Source: the human T2T-CHM13v2.0 reference genome, Homo sapiens
Assembly: GCF_009914755.1 (NCBI RefSeq)
Contig: NC_060928.1
Strand: one strand, 5' to 3'
DNA length: 64,000 bases
The notes under the pieces are model-generated. The model searched no databases and had not been told where the DNA came from. It saw nothing but the letters and a program-made list of their open reading frames with translations. Positions 29,741 to 53,864 of the stretch are shown one piece after another. Every line of letters starts with the position of its first letter. Position 1 is the first letter of the stretch. Both the position numbers and the translations under genes were made by a program.

Positions 29741-30254
29741 TATATATTATTTAATCTGTCAAACCAGAAAGAATGAATTTAATACTTCAGTCTCTGTTCT
29801 GCAGGAGAAACCTGATATAAGATCATCACACTCTTCCCAGGACTGGCCCCATCACTGGGAAACATTTTTAAAAATCACAATAATAAAAGCAATGTAATAT
29901 CAGTAAATAAATAAATGCTTAAAACTTGTCCGGTTGACTGGATAAATCTCTATTTTGTATTTAAAAATGTTGAAACTTTTCCAAGGGAAGAAATTCTATG
30001 CTCAAGTACAGTAGCTAGATCCTGGTTGGTTAGGTTTCATTCAAAGAGTGAAAGCCTCATTGTAGGAAAAAAAGACTATTTCCAGATGGCCTATTACATT
30101 GACAGCTCTAAAAGTTTATTTTTAAGTTGTTTATCTGGAAATTTGAGCATATTTTCCCCACATAGTTCATAAAAACTGGCTGGATCTATTTAATTACTGG
30201 TTGGTGAAATCTCACTATTATGTTATCTTGGTTCTGGTCACGGGAGCAGAGGAT

Positions 30255-32898
30255 TATTCTGGGCTTTATTGTGTCCCTCTGAGCCCCAAATTCATGTGCT
30301 GAAGTCCTGTATTAGTCCATTTTCATGCTGCTGATAAAGACTTACCCGAGACTGGGAAGAAAAAGAGGTTTTAATGGACATATAATTCCAAGTGGCTGTG
30401 GAGGAGTCCTCACAATCATGGCGGAAGCCAAGGAGGAACAAGTCACGTCTTACGTGGATGGCAGCAGGCAAAAAGAGAGTTTGTGCAGGGAAACTCCCGT
30501 TTATAAAACCCTCAGATCTTTTGAGACTTATTCACTATCACAAGAACAGCACAGGAAAGACCTGCCCCCATGATTCAGTTATCTCTGCTGAGTCCCTACC
30601 ACAACACATGGGAATTATGGGAGCTAAAAGATGAGATTTGGGTAGGGCCACAGAGTGAAACCATTATCATTCCACCCTGGCCCCTCCCAAATCTCATGTC
30701 TTCACATTTCAAAACCAATCATGCTTTCTCAACAGTCCCCCAGAGTCTTACCTCATTCCAACATTAACCCAAAAGTCCACAGTCCAAAGTTTCATCTGAG
30801 ACAAGGCAAGTCCCTTCCGCCTATGAGCCTGTAAAATCAAAAGCAAGTTAGTTACTTCCTAGATACAATGGAGTTACAGGCATTGGGTAAATACAGCCAT
30901 TCCAAATGGGAGAAATTGGCCAAAACAAAAGGGCTGCAGGCCCCATACAATTCTGAAATTCAGCAGGGCAGTCAAATTTTAAAGCTCCAAGATGATCTCC
31001 TTTGACTCCATGTCTTGCATCCCGGTCACACTGATGCAAGAGGGGGGTTCCCATGGTCTTGGGAAGCTCCATCCCTGTGGCTTTGCCTCCTGGCTATTTT
31101 CATAGGCTGGCATTGAGTGTCTGCAGCTTTTCAGGCAAATGGTGCAAGCTGTTGGTGGATCTACCATTCCGGGGTCTGGAGGATGGTGGCCCTCTTCTCA
31201 CAGCTCCACTAGAAGGTACCCCAGTAGGGACTCTGTGTGGGAGCTCCCACCCCACATTTCCCTTCCACACTACCCTAGCAGAGGTTCTCCATGAGAGCCC
31301 TGCCCCTGCAGCAAACTTCTGCCTGGGAATCCAGGCATTTCCATACATCCTATGAAATCTAGGTGGGGTTCCCAGACCTCAGTTCTTGAGTTCTGTGCAC
31401 CCGCAGGCTCAAAACCATGTGAAAGCTGCCAAGGCTTGGGCTTGCACCCTCTGAAGCCATGGCCTGAGCTCTACATTGGCCCCTTTCAGCCATGGCTGGA
31501 GTAGCTCAGAGGCAGGGCACCAAATCCCTACACTCCACACAGCAAGTGGACCCTGGGCCTGGCCCACGAAACCACTTTTTCCTCCTAGGCCTCTAGGCCT
31601 GTGATGGAAGGGGCTGCTGTGAAGACCTCTGATATGCCCTGGAGACATCTTCCCCATTGCCTTGGGGATTAACATTCGGCCCCATGTTACTTATGCAAAT
31701 TTCTGCAGCTGGCTTGAATTTCTCCTCAGAAAAAGGAGAAATCTTTTCTATCGCATTGTCAGGCTGAAAATTTTCTGAACTTTTATGCTCTGCTTCCTTT
31801 ATAAAACTGAATGCCTTTAACAGCACCCAACTCACATCTTTAATGCTTTGCTGCTTAGAAATTTCTTCTGCCAGATACCCTAAATCATCTCTCTCAAGTT
31901 CAAGGTTTCACAAATCTCTAGGGCAAGGGCAAAATGCTGCCAGTCTCTTTGGTAAAACATAACAAGAGTCACCTTTGCTCCAGTTCCCAACAAGTTTCTC
32001 ATCTCTATCTGAGACCACCTCAGCCTGGATTTCATTGTCCATATCATTATCAGCATTTTGGTCAAAACCATTTGACAAGTCTCTAGGGAGTTCCAAACTT
32101 TCTCACATTTTTTCCTGTGTTCTTCTGAGCCCTCCAAACTGTTCCAACCTCTGCCTGTTACCCAGTTCAAAAGTCTCTTCCACATTTTCAAGTATCTTTT
32201 CAGCCCACTCTACTGGTACTCATTTACTGTATTAGTCCATTTTCATGCTGCTAATAAAGACATACCTGAGGCTGGGCAATTCACAAAAGAAAGAGGTTTA
32301 AGACATTCACAGTTCCATGTGGCTTGCCTTCCATCTCACAATCATGGTGGAAGGCAAGGATGAGCAAGTCACATCTTACATGGATGGCAGCAGGCAAAAA
32401 GAGAGCTTGTGCAGGGAAACTTCCATTTTTAAAACCATCAGATCATATGAGACTTATTCACTATCATAGAACAGCATGGAAAGACCTGCCCCCATCATTC
32501 AGTTATCTCCACTGGGTGCCTCCCACAACACATGGGAATTCTGGGAGCTACAAGATGAGATTTGGATGGGGATACAGAACCAAACCATACAAAGTCCTAA
32601 CCTTAGTACTTCAGAATGTGTCTGCATTTTGAGATAGGGCCTCTAAAGAGATAATTAAGGTAAAATGAGGCCTTATAAGAAGAGGAGATTAAGATATAGC
32701 CACACACAGAGGGAAGACCACCTGAAGGCAATGGAAGATGGTCTTCTACAAGCCAAAGAAAGAGGTCCTCAGAAGAAACCATCTTTGCTGATACCTTGGT
32801 CATGGACTTCCAGCCTCCAGAACTGTGAGAAAATAAATTTCTGTTTAAGCCACTCAGCCTGTAGTAATTCGTTATGGCAGCCCTGGCAAACAAATACA
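30255..32898 (+). mobile_element. MLT1B-like LTR split by the THE1 insertion (pieces 30255-30307 and 32593-32898)
   Basis: The two halves join as ...GCTGAAGTCC|TAACC...; 5-bp TSD AGGAT at 30250-30254 and 32899-32903; typical 3' end CCAGCCTCCAGAACTGTGAGAAAATAAAT...AATACA. Confidence 0.85.
30308..32592 (-). mobile_element. Complete THE1 (THE1B-like) MaLR element: LTR 30308-30669, internal region 30670-32227, LTR 32228-32592
   Basis: Two homologous ~360-bp LTRs flanking ~1.55 kb of THE1 internal sequence; 5-bp TSD AGTCC at 30303-30307 and 32593-32597. Confidence 0.93.
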
Positions 32899-32941
32899 AG
32901 GATCATATAGTGTGGAAAGAGTAGAGCTGGCTTTATGTTAA

Positions 32942-33376
<435 letters not shown>

Positions 33377-35357
33377 AGGATAGATCTTGATTCTCTTCAA
33401 GGCACCAGATCCACCAAGGTGTTGCCTGTTCCTTCTGCACCAGAGAAAGTTAGGATATATATAATATAAATGGCTTTGATGACATGCACTAACGTGTGAG
33501 TGATCAATGCCCCTTAATTCCCTAAATAGGAGCTACATGAAGGCATGGACTTTGGCAACCAGTGTGTTCTCAGAGCCCAGAATAAATAGTCAGTCAAGTA
33601 ATATTAATTACTTCACTTCAGTTAATATTACTGAGTGAATATCCTGTTTTAAAAGCCAGAGCTAAGCCCAAATGAATCTCTTTTGGTAGGAATTGTTGGC
33701 AGTATAAGCAAGTAGAGTGAAATGTCTCCAGCACTTGGAAACGTGCTCTCTTTTTATGGGTGGGATGGCAGGGGAGATGTAACAGCAGAACCTCGAGCTC
33801 CTGCTCCCAAAATCAGCCTGTTGTACTTTTTACAACTTCCTCTCTGTTTCCAATTCTGCATTAACAGATTCTTAAAATCTCCTCATTGCTTTAGTTTATA
33901 AGGGCTCCCCTGGTATTGCAAAGCCTAGGTCTCAGCTTTAGAGAGGAGAGGGGGGGCCATGGGGTGATCGAGGAAGAGCTGGTGGCCTGTGCATCTGGCT
34001 GATTAGTAAGTTCAGGGTGACCTCTGTAACTTATTTTTACCTCACACATGTGTGTGCAGTACTTGAAGTGGATGAGAGAACTTTGGGAAGGGGAACAACT
34101 AAATTTGGAATGCTTCTATAAGTGGCGCTTCCAGACAGAAATCATGGCTGTGACGGTAGGCATGTCATTAGGGAGTGACAGCAGGCTCTCTGCATGCCTC
34201 TTGTCCCTGCTGCATATTCCAGTCCTCCCCTCCACTTGCAGAATCCTTTTTGGTCAACCATTTAAAAGATGGGGGTGAAAGGGGCACGTAAAATAGGAGG
34301 TAAATTAAAGATGTGTTTATTGAATATATCTATTGAATAAACTCTTATAAACACTTACTATGTTCCTGGCACTGTTACAGGTGCTTCACACTTATCCATT
34401 CATTCATAATCTTACTCATAATCCTGTGAGAAAACCCTGGCCAGAGAGTTTTTTGCACCAGGTCACATACAGTGAGAACATAGTAAAGTGGGTATTCACA
34501 CCCAGGGAGTGTGGTTCCAGAGTAGTTTGTGGAGGGGAATTCTTGGTTTGGGAGAGGTATGTTGGATATAAATGAGGCTCAATTTGGGTAGGAATTGAGT
34601 AAAATAGCTTATCATATTGAATGGACCTCAAGTTCATCCTGTTTTATTACAGTCATCGTTCCTTGTCCACTGTAGTGTAGCATTGTAGTCACCTTAGAGG
34701 GGGCTGGATTTCTTGAGGATCTAGAAAAGGAAATTTTTTCTGGAGGCCACAGGGGAAAGAGGCAGCCTGAGAAGGAAACTGGTGTTGAATGGGGAAGACA
34801 GGGTTTGTTTAGTGACATATTTAGAAGTTGACTTTCTCTTATGTTCTTTAACAAATGAAGATGATAATATCCATCCTAATTTCCAGGTTGTAGTAAGATA
34901 AAATAAAGTAAAAGAAATAGAGCCTAGAACTTAAAATTGGAAAGACTGCAGGCTCAGCAAATACAGTAGCTTTCACTTACTGTTATGTGAAAGGAATCAG
35001 ACATAGTCACTCTGTTCCAAGTAAAAATGACCTGGTTGACCTCTCCCCTCTGCATCTGCACTTTCCCATTCTTGAGGGTACTCCAGGGATTCTTCAGGGC
35101 ACAGTTTAAAACCTTAGTTAGAAAACCACTTCTCTGAGTCAACTTCTGTTGTGAATATGAGGAAATTCAGGCCAAGAAACAGTCAGTGGCTTTCCTGCAG
35201 TTGCTCCACTATTTTTCCACTTTCTGAGGGCTGTGTCCTCACTGGAGAAACCATCTCTCTCTGGGAAAACACTGAAAAGTTAGAAGTTCATATCAGAGTG
35301 AGCTCTTTTGCTTTAATAATACCAATAATTTATTGAATACTTACAAATACTTCCAGG

Positions 35358-35528
35358 CAGGGACAGCTTCATAAGTGTGTGACCCATGCAGCGGCACAGG
35401 CCTTACTCTCAGAAGGGCCCTGCCTTTGTTTTTATTATCTGTCATGATCTTGACATTCTCAGTAGCTTTTGAACAAGGCACTCTGTGCTTTTTTCACTGG
35501 GCCCCACAAAATTATGTGGCAGATCCTG
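35358..35528 (+). mobile_element. MER91A-like (hAT-Tip100 MITE) inserted in a minus-strand MIR (~35320-35720)
   Basis: CAGGGACAGCTTCAT...CTCAGAAGGGCCC...TTTTGAACAAGG...CACTGGGCCCCACAAAATTATGT...TCCTG. Confidence 0.75.
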
Positions 35529-38328
35529 GCTCTTGGTGTTTTACATATGTGTGTGTGCGTGTGTGTATTATATATATATAGCTTACAAACATCTTTGAGG
35601 TATGGATATTATTATCCCTATTTTACAATCAAGGACTATGAGGCTAAGGCAATTTCCTGGAGAGCACACGTGTTGTGAAGGGGCAGAATGGGAACTTTTG
35701 TTGAGAAATCTTGGCCTCAAAGCCCACTGTCTTTCCACCTTATGCTAGTGCAAGTCTAAAGTAAAAGTGTACAGGGGAAGGGAAAAGAAGCTAATGGTAA
35801 ATCTTTGTTTTGTGGGGTGGGATGGTATGGAAACATAGGGGTTGCTGAAGGGCTTGGCTTCTGGCAACCATTTAACATGTATACACACCCCTTAATTTTT
35901 AAAGATGAATAACTCGATTTTTTTTTTAAAGACAGCTTGGCATAAGACTAATTTATAAGGACCTTACTCCACAGATCTGGTGACTGACCCAACAAGTGTG
36001 ATTCTGTATTATTCATAAAAGGAAAGGCTAAAAAAAAAATGTGAAGGGACAAGTTTTAGTTTAGGCCATGAATTGGTGGCAGTCTTCGGATTAGAACACC
36101 TTTGTGCTTGCTTTTGCTTCAACATTTAGCTCATGTTTTTCTTTATTTTTTTCACATATAGGCATGAGACAACATAGTGGTTTTGGAATTGTTTTGATGA
36201 TAAAAGTTGTAGCAGTCAAAAATGCAACTACTTGGTATTCCTGTATTCACATCAACAAAAACCAAAACTTTGTGTTTGGTTTCCTTCTCCCACCTGCATT
36301 TTCCCCACTTTTTCAAAGTGAGAGTGTATTTTTTTTAACATTTTTCATCCAAAGCATTTGGTAGTGAATTTTTTTCATTAGTTACCTATGGCAGAAAATA
36401 GGAATTTTCTCTCTAGAGAAAGTTCTCAAGGAACTGAGAATTTCCAGGCCTGATATTCTTGGACAATATTATGGCCCAATTTCTAATAACATATTATATT
36501 TTAGAGTGCTTTTAGCCTGTAATGTGCTTTCATATTTGTTGTAGAAATATGTATAAGATGGCAGAATGAGGAGAAGAAATAATTTTGACCTGACATTCTG
36601 GCAGAGCATGAAGAGCACTAAATGAGGGTTCTATAACAAGAGCAGAGCAAGTACATCCATCGAGGCAGAGTGTTGACAGTCACGGAGTGCAGGTTTTCAT
36701 TCCGCTCGTGTCCATTTGTTCACTACATTTATTCAGCAAATAGTCTTTGAAACTCTCAAAATAACAAATAAAAGCCATTCCCCCTTAATACCTCCATATT
36801 ATACTGAAGAGGCCCTACCAAGATGTACAATTACAGGTTTATATCAATACCATTTTCTCATTTGATTGGTGCACTTCCAAAATGTTCTAACCAATTGTAC
36901 TTTGATCACGGTTGAATATGGTGATTTTTTTTTAAAAGGAAACAAAAGGACAAGAAAAACTGGAACAAGTTTCCTTGTGTCTAAACTGTTGAACATGTTT
37001 TCTTAGAGATTTCTCAGAAAAGGAACCATTTGAAAGGACCACCAGAAGTATTTCTACAGAAGAAAGAGCGAACAGAAAACATCCCCATTTCTAATCCTCA
37101 CCTAAGTCCTTGAAAACTCAATTAGTGAAGTTCATGCCCAGAATCTGTCAGACAGGTTGTAACCGGAGAGCACTAATGGCTCAATTCTTTAGGTATCAAA
37201 ATGTCACTTCATATTAAATGAATGAACTCTAAGTACCCATATGCTAATTGGATTTATTCTTTACATGTTGGCTGTGATCATTATCACACTGGGTATGAAC
37301 TTTACTGAATGACTCCACAAATTCCCCTTAATTTTCCAAGTTAAGATGACCCTGGCGACCATCTTTCCCAGGGGTATTTCAACTTTTAACTACATAGTGT
37401 ATTTAATAGGAACTGAAAATTGAAGAAAACATGAGAAGTTGAAGAATTTGTGCAAGCCAAATATATAGTGAGGGCTACTATAAAGATTTTATTACCTTGA
37501 GATTGAAGCTATCACATTACTATGGGTTTCTCTCTGTCAGATATACCTAAATTTGTTGCACTGATCCCTGCTTCAGATCTGAGGGAAGAAGAAAGAAGGT
37601 AAAATACCTTCATCTAGAGTAGAGATGAGAGGTTGAACATTGAGCAACTCTCCTATTCTTTAAACCAAATGAAAACACCTCTAGATTTGTATCTTATAGA
37701 TAACAAAACGCTTTTGGAAATGGCATGGGGTGTATATGGCTTCCCCTTCCACATCTGGAGTATATCAGTATCCACCTCTGCTCATTCTGGAGCATGAAAA
37801 GAGGCAGAGGAAACAGCTCATTGCTTTCTAGTAAACTGCTTTCTCTGCCTTTCCCACTATGACACAGAAAGACAAGTAAGAGCATCTTGGCCTCTGGAAG
37901 TGGTTTCAGGGGAACTCTGAGGAAATCCTTAGAACCCAGCCTCAACACCATGAAAGGACTGGTATTTAGACTTTTAATATTATCTTCAGTAGCCACTAAC
38001 TGGTGGATAAACTCATGGTATTGGAAGAAGACATTTCTTAAACAATTTTAATTGTTAAGTAAAGCGTTTGACCTTCTTAGTATTTCCTTTTTCAATTTTA
38101 AAACATACCTGGAATCTCAAGAACTGGAAATGGTTTAGTTTTCTCTTGCCCTCTGAGAGGTCACCCTGGACAAGTGTCTTTCTGGATCTTCATGTGTAGC
38201 TCACAACTGTTCCTCATAGTTTTCTTCCTCCTCAGAGGTGGGGTGTGGTGGAGGTAGGGATCTGGGGAGAGAATAGAGAGGTGAGCCTAGCAGGGATGTG
38301 CATTTATGAAGGGTAATGTATTATAGTT

Positions 38329-38689
38329 TGCTATGGTTTGAATGCTTGTGTCCCTCCAGAATTCAGATGTTGAAATCCTAACTCCTAAGGTAACGGTTTT
38401 AGAAAACAGGGTCTATGGGATGTGATTAGATGACGAGGGAAGAGCCCTCATGATTGGGGTTAGTGCCTATATAAAAGAGAGCTCAGAGACCCAGCCAACC
38501 CCTTTCACCATGTGAGGACACAGTGAAAAGTCATTGTCTATGAGAAAGTGGGCCGTCACTAGACACTGAACCAGCTGGCACTTTGATCTGGGACTTCCAG
38601 CCTCCAGAACTATGAGAAATAAATTTCTATTGTTTATAAGCTACCCAATGTAAAATATTTTGTTATAGCGGCCTAAATGGACTACGACA
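38329..38689 (+). mobile_element. MLT1A0-like solo LTR
   Basis: TGCTATGGTTTGAATG...GACTTCCAGCCTCCAGAAC...GACTACGACA; TSD TAGTT/CAGTT. Confidence 0.85.
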
Positions 38690-40539
38690 CAGTTCTTTAT
38701 CTTAGCTTTGCAAATCAGTAGTGCTGGTGGAACTAGGCTCTATGTCCAGTTGTGCCAGATAGCAGCACCTTCCTGCACTCAGTGTTTATTGGGACCAGTA
38801 GAATGCAACATGCACTTGTAAAAAGTAGCCTCCTGCATGCTTACAGCTCACTTAGCTCAGGGCTTAGCTAGTACCTCCTGCATCACTACGAAACTGTGAC
38901 TGTTTTATTTAATATTTTACTACAACTTCTTCCAGGAATGTTTGTGGCATAACTTTGGCACTCAACACAAGGCAAAAATAAGATGTTTAGAAAATAAATC
39001 TGAACAGGAACTTCTTGAGGTACTGCTGCTAATTTCACATGAACCAAGTTACCGCCAGATTCACTACAGTTCCTTTGGCAATTATAATGTTAACATGTTT
39101 GCTCCATAATATGCAAACAATTTAAAAATACTTAATATAAATCTATCAAAGGGCCTGAGATAGTAAGAAGTTAGAAAACACAACCTTGGCAGATGGGTGG
39201 GGAAGAGGGAGATCTGATGCCACCCACTAAGATTTTTCTTCCTTTGAACTACTGGGGCACATACACTGATCTTATCTGTATACAACTTAGACCATTGTCT
39301 TATTCATTTGAATAAATAGGTCTGATCTCACTAGCAAGATTAAATGGTTCACCATATGTACTTTTTCACTTGCTTTCGTGTTGCCTGTTAATTAATTCAT
39401 TTAAAGGAGAAAAGTAGGTATAAATTTGTTTATTCATTCAGTCAGTTCAGCAGAAATTTATTGCAGAGCTGATATGTTTTCCATGCCAGGTGTTGGTGGT
39501 ATGGAAATGAGACATGAAATGCTTGTCTTCAAAGAACTTACAGTCATCTTAGAAGAACTTTCAACTGAATGGGGGAGAAGGCAGATACTTAATAGATACT
39601 TAAGAGCCCTATTCTAGAATTGTACCCTTATTCTGTACTTCAGGTCCTGCAACACTTTTCTATTAAGATTTTAGAATGTTTTATATTGTTATGATAGTTT
39701 TATAATAAAATTGAACTAATCCTGACTCTCAGACAAGGTGTTCAGCCTAACCTTGCTTTGTAAACTTGCTTCCTCCATTGATGTTTTTTTCTGATTTAGA
39801 TTGATCATATTCATTAGTAGTTTGGTTTCCTTTCCAGGGTTTTCCTTCCTTTAGTTCCAAATTGCTTAGAAAGCCTGCTGTTCTCCCAATTTCTCCTCCT
39901 GGCATCAGCTGGCTCCCTGTGGATATGCCCACCAGTCTGAAAGAGTGCTTACCTTTGTTCTGAAGGCAGAATTTAGGCTTGGCTTGGCAGAGTCCTCTGA
40001 AGAGTAAATGTTTAATGGGAATACTTGCCTTCCACATCTGCTCTGGACTGTTGATTTTACCTGACATATTTCTATATGGTTATATATTGTCCATCCACAA
40101 TCCTCATTTTGAAGGAGATTAAGAGGGATGGAGTGGTTGACAGGCATCAGGAAGTTCTAGAAATTTGGCTATTCAAAGCACTCTAGATGTGCTTTTCTGT
40201 TTATTTTTTTCTCTCTCAATATAACTAACGGCACAATGAAAGGAGAGATACTCATATCCTAAACCATGAGCTCTTTATTTGCTCCTCTCAAAGGGCCAGG
40301 GGAGGATATGAGGAAAGATAACAGGAGGGAGACTCCTTGGTACTTATAAAGACCGATACGAATTCTCTTTTGCATGTGTTTGACAAGAGATGGGGGAGAG
40401 GATGTGTGTTCCTCACCATCGTTTTTGAACATATTAGTCTTAACATCACAGGGGAAATGTACAACTGTTGAAAATAGGATAAAATAAGAAATGTGACAAT
40501 ATATAATCTCAGTGAATAAATTGTGAAATGTAAGATGAG

Positions 40540-41443
40540 AGGAGGAGCCAAGATGGCCGAATAGGAACAGCTCCGGTCTACAGCTCCCAGCGTGAGCGAC
40601 GCAGAAGACGGATGATTTCTGCATTTCCATCTGAGGTACCGGGTTCATCTCACTAGGGAGTGCCAGACAGTGGGCGCAGGCCAGTGTGTGCGCGCACCGT
40701 GCGCGAGCCGAAGCAGGGCAAGGCATTGCCCCACTTGGGAAGCGCAAGGGGTCAGGGAGTTCCCTTTCCGAGTCAAAGAAAGGGGTGACGGATGCACCTG
40801 GAAAATCGGGTCACTCCCACCCGAATATTGCGCTTTTCAGACCGGCTTAAGAAACGGCGCACCACGAGACTATATCCCACACCTGGCTCAGAGGGTCCTA
40901 TGCCCACGGAATCTCGCTGATTGCTAGCACAGCAGTCTGAGATCAAACTGCAAGGCGGCAACGAGGCTGGGGGAGGGGCGCCCGCCATTGCCCAGGCTTG
41001 CTTAGGTAAACAAAGCAGCTGGGAAGCTCGAACTGGGTGGAGCCCACCACAGCCCAAGGAGGCCTGCCTGCCTCTGTAGGCTCCACCTCTGGGGGCAGGG
41101 CACAGGCAAACAAAAAGACAGCAGTAACCTCTGCAGACTTAAGTGTCCCTGTCTGACAGCTTTGAAGAGAGCAGTGGTTCTCCCAGCACGCAGCTGGAGA
41201 TCTGAGAACGGGCAGACTGCCTCCTCAAGTGGGTCCCTGACCCCTGACCCCCGAGCAGCCTAACTGGGAGGCACCCCCCAGCAGGGGCACACTGACACCT
41301 CACACGGCAGGGTATTCCAACAGACCTGCAGCTGAGGGTCCTGTCTGTTAGAAGGAAAACTAACAACCAGAAAGGACATCTACACCGAAAACCCATCTGT
41401 ACATCACCATCATCAAAGACCAAAAGTAGATAAAACCACAAAG
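40540..41443 (+). promoter_or_regulatory. L1HS 5' UTR: CpG-rich internal sense promoter (YY1 site AAGATGGCC at 40550-40558) and antisense promoter
   Basis: Canonical L1HS 5' UTR sequence with a high CpG density compared with its flanks. Confidence 0.85.
40773..40988 (-). CDS. L1 ORF0 (71 aa, antisense ORF in the L1HS 5' UTR), open
   Basis: MAGAPPPASLPPCSLISDCCASNQRDSVG...RFSRCIRHPFL*; CAT at 40986-40988. Confidence 0.8.
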   Translation of the reverse strand: MAGAPPPASLPPCSLISDCCASNQRDSVGIGPSEPGVGYSLVVRRFLSRSEKRNIRVGVTRFSRCIRHPFL

Positions 41444-42460
41444 ATGGGGAAAAAACAGAACAGAAAAACTGGAAACTCTAAAACGCAGAGCGCCTCTCCT
41501 CCTCCAAAGGAACACAGTTCCTCACCAGCAACAGAACAAAGCTGGATGGAGAATGATTTTGACGAGCTGAGAGAAGAAGGCTTCAGACGATCAAATTACT
41601 CTGAGCTACGGGAGGACATTCAAACCAAAGGCAAAGAAGTTGAAAACTTTGAAAAAAATTTAGAAGAATGTATAACTAGAATAACCAATACAGAGAAGTG
41701 CTTAAAGGAGCTGATGGAGCTGAAAACCAAGGCTCGAGAACTACGTGAAGAATGCAGAAGCCTCAGGAGCCGATGCGATCAACTGGAAGAAAGGGTATCA
41801 GCAATGGAAGATGAAATGAATGAAATGAAGCGAGAAGGGAAGTTTAGAGAAAAAAGAATAAAAAGAAATGAGCAAAGCCTCCAAGAAATATGGGACTATG
41901 TGAAAAGACCAAATCTACATCTGATTGGTGTACCTGAAAGTGATGTGGAGAATGGAACCAAGTTGGAAAACACTCTGCAGGATATTATCCAGGAGAACTT
42001 CCCCAATCTAGCAAGGCAGGCCAACGTTCAGATTCAGGAAATACAGAGAACGCCACAAAGATACTCCTCGAGAAGAGCAACTCCAAGACACATAATTGTC
42101 AGATTCACCAAAGTTGAAATGAAGGAAAAAATGTTAAGGGCAGCCAGAGAGAAAGGTCGGGTTACCCTCAAAGGAAAGCCCATCAGACTAACGGCGGATC
42201 TCTCGGCAGAAACCCTACAAGCCAGAAGAGAGTGGGGGCCAATATTCAACATTCTTAAAGAAAAGAATTTTCAACCCAGAATTTCATATCCAGCCAAACT
42301 AAGCTTCATAAGTGAAGGAGAAATAAAATACTTTATAGACAAGCAAATGCTGAGAGATTTTGTCACCACCAGGCCTGCCCTAAAAGAGCTCCTGAAGGAA
42401 GCGCTAAACATGGAAAGGAACAACCGGTACCAGCCGCTGCAAAATCATGCCAAAATGTAA
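41444..42460 (+). CDS. L1 ORF1p (338 aa RNA-binding/chaperone protein), open reading frame with R24H and R159H
   Basis: MGKKQNRKTGNSKTQSASPPPK...REKG...ARREW...YPAKLS...NHAKM*. Confidence 0.92.
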   Translation: MGKKQNRKTGNSKTQSASPPPKEHSSSPATEQSWMENDFDELREEGFRRSNYSELREDIQTKGKEVENFEKNLEECITRITNTEKCLKELMELKTKARELREECRSLRSRCDQLEERVSAMEDEMNEMKREGKFREKRIKRNEQSLQEIWDYVKRPNLHLIGVPESDVENGTKLENTLQDIIQENFPNLARQANVQIQEIQRTPQRYSSRRATPRHIIVRFTKVEMKEKMLRAAREKGRVTLKGKPIRLTADLSAETLQARREWGPIFNILKEKNFQPRISYPAKLSFISEGEIKYFIDKQMLRDFVTTRPALKELLKEALNMERNNRYQPLQNHAKM

Positions 42461-42499
42461 AGACCATCGAGACTAGGAAGAAACTGCATCAACTAATGA

Positions 42500-46350
<3,851 letters not shown>

Positions 46351-47602
46351 ACAATGAGATCACATGGACGCAGGAAGGGGAATATCACACTCTGGGGACT
46401 GTGGTGGGGTCGGGGGAGGGGGGAGGGATAGCATTGGGAGATATACCTAATGCTAGATGACACATTAGTGGGTGCAGCGCACCAGCATGGCACATGTATA
46501 CATATGTAACTAACCTGCACAATGTGCACATGTACCCTAAAACTTAGAGTATAATAATAAAAAAAAAAAAAAAAAAAGATGAGGTTCTGTCTGTTTTGCA
46601 ACAATGTAAAAGTCCTGAATAGTTCACTGAGACAGAAAGAAAAAACGTAGAAAATAAAAGGAGAATAAAACACATAGGAGAATAATATGAGAAAAGCAGG
46701 CTTACTGCAGCCATATTACACACTTCTGATGACATTGCTTTCAAGAGGTAGGCAAAGATCCCAGATTAGAAAAACTTAAGAATGTATGTTTTAAAAAATC
46801 CAGAAAAAAGCAATTTTTGGAATCTTTGACATGCCAGTTTTGTACTGTATTGACAATTTCTTTGATAATCTCCTTCACCTTAGGGAATGTGTTGCCCTTT
46901 TTTTCTGTATTTTTCATATCATGAATCTAAATTTTAGATAAGAATTCTCCAAAGGAGAAAGGAAAAATGTCTAATTGCATGTGGTTAGCATATTTTTGTG
47001 CTTGATAAAAAGTAATAACATTATTTTACCATAAGGTATAGAAAAGTCATGTCAAAAGCTAGCTGAAAAAAATGAATAAATCAACAAATACATATTGGGA
47101 ACCTGGCTTTTTAAAAGACTCACCAATCACTTCATACACATATTTACATTTAGACTTAACCTCTGCAATCTGTAGATCTGGAGATTCATGAGTCTGTGAT
47201 TTATTTTATTATTATTTTTTATCTTGGTAGTTTGTGAGCTTTTCTGTTAGGTGACTTTTTTTTCTGATAACTTTTTTTGAGGTCCCTGGCTTGTGAATGG
47301 GCTTTAAAACATTAACGTGCAACACAAACTATTAATGCAAATCATTAATATTTTGAACTCCAGAAATGGCTTGTGAAACACTCTTGAAAGATTAGTACTA
47401 TGTAAGTAGTACTTGTTCTTGCCAAACGGATTTTGTACATGGCTACTTATTTCTTAGTTAGTGCAGTTATGAAATGGCCAAACCAAAACAATCAAATGTC
47501 TATGCTTCATAGATATATTTTTCTTTTAATACATTTATTATATATCTAACAGTGTCTGACAAAGCTATGTCAGCAAGTTAAGGTCGGGCATTTTATTTTT
47601 TT

Positions 47603-53770
<6,168 letters not shown>

Positions 53771-53864
53771 TTATTTATTTTTTATATTGTGTATGTAACT
53801 CTTTTATAGAATATGTGAGTTGCAAATATTTTCTCCCAGTATAAACATTATCTTATCATGTTCT

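Noticed and set aside
30325-32910. Dense overlapping ORFs in the THE1/MLT1 region
   Set aside because: Short GC-rich frames in non-autonomous MaLR sequence, with no gag/pol motifs recognised.
46576-47602. 3' transduction after the L1HS
   Set aside because: The TSD AAGATGAG follows the poly(A) immediately, so the spacer is ordinary flanking DNA.
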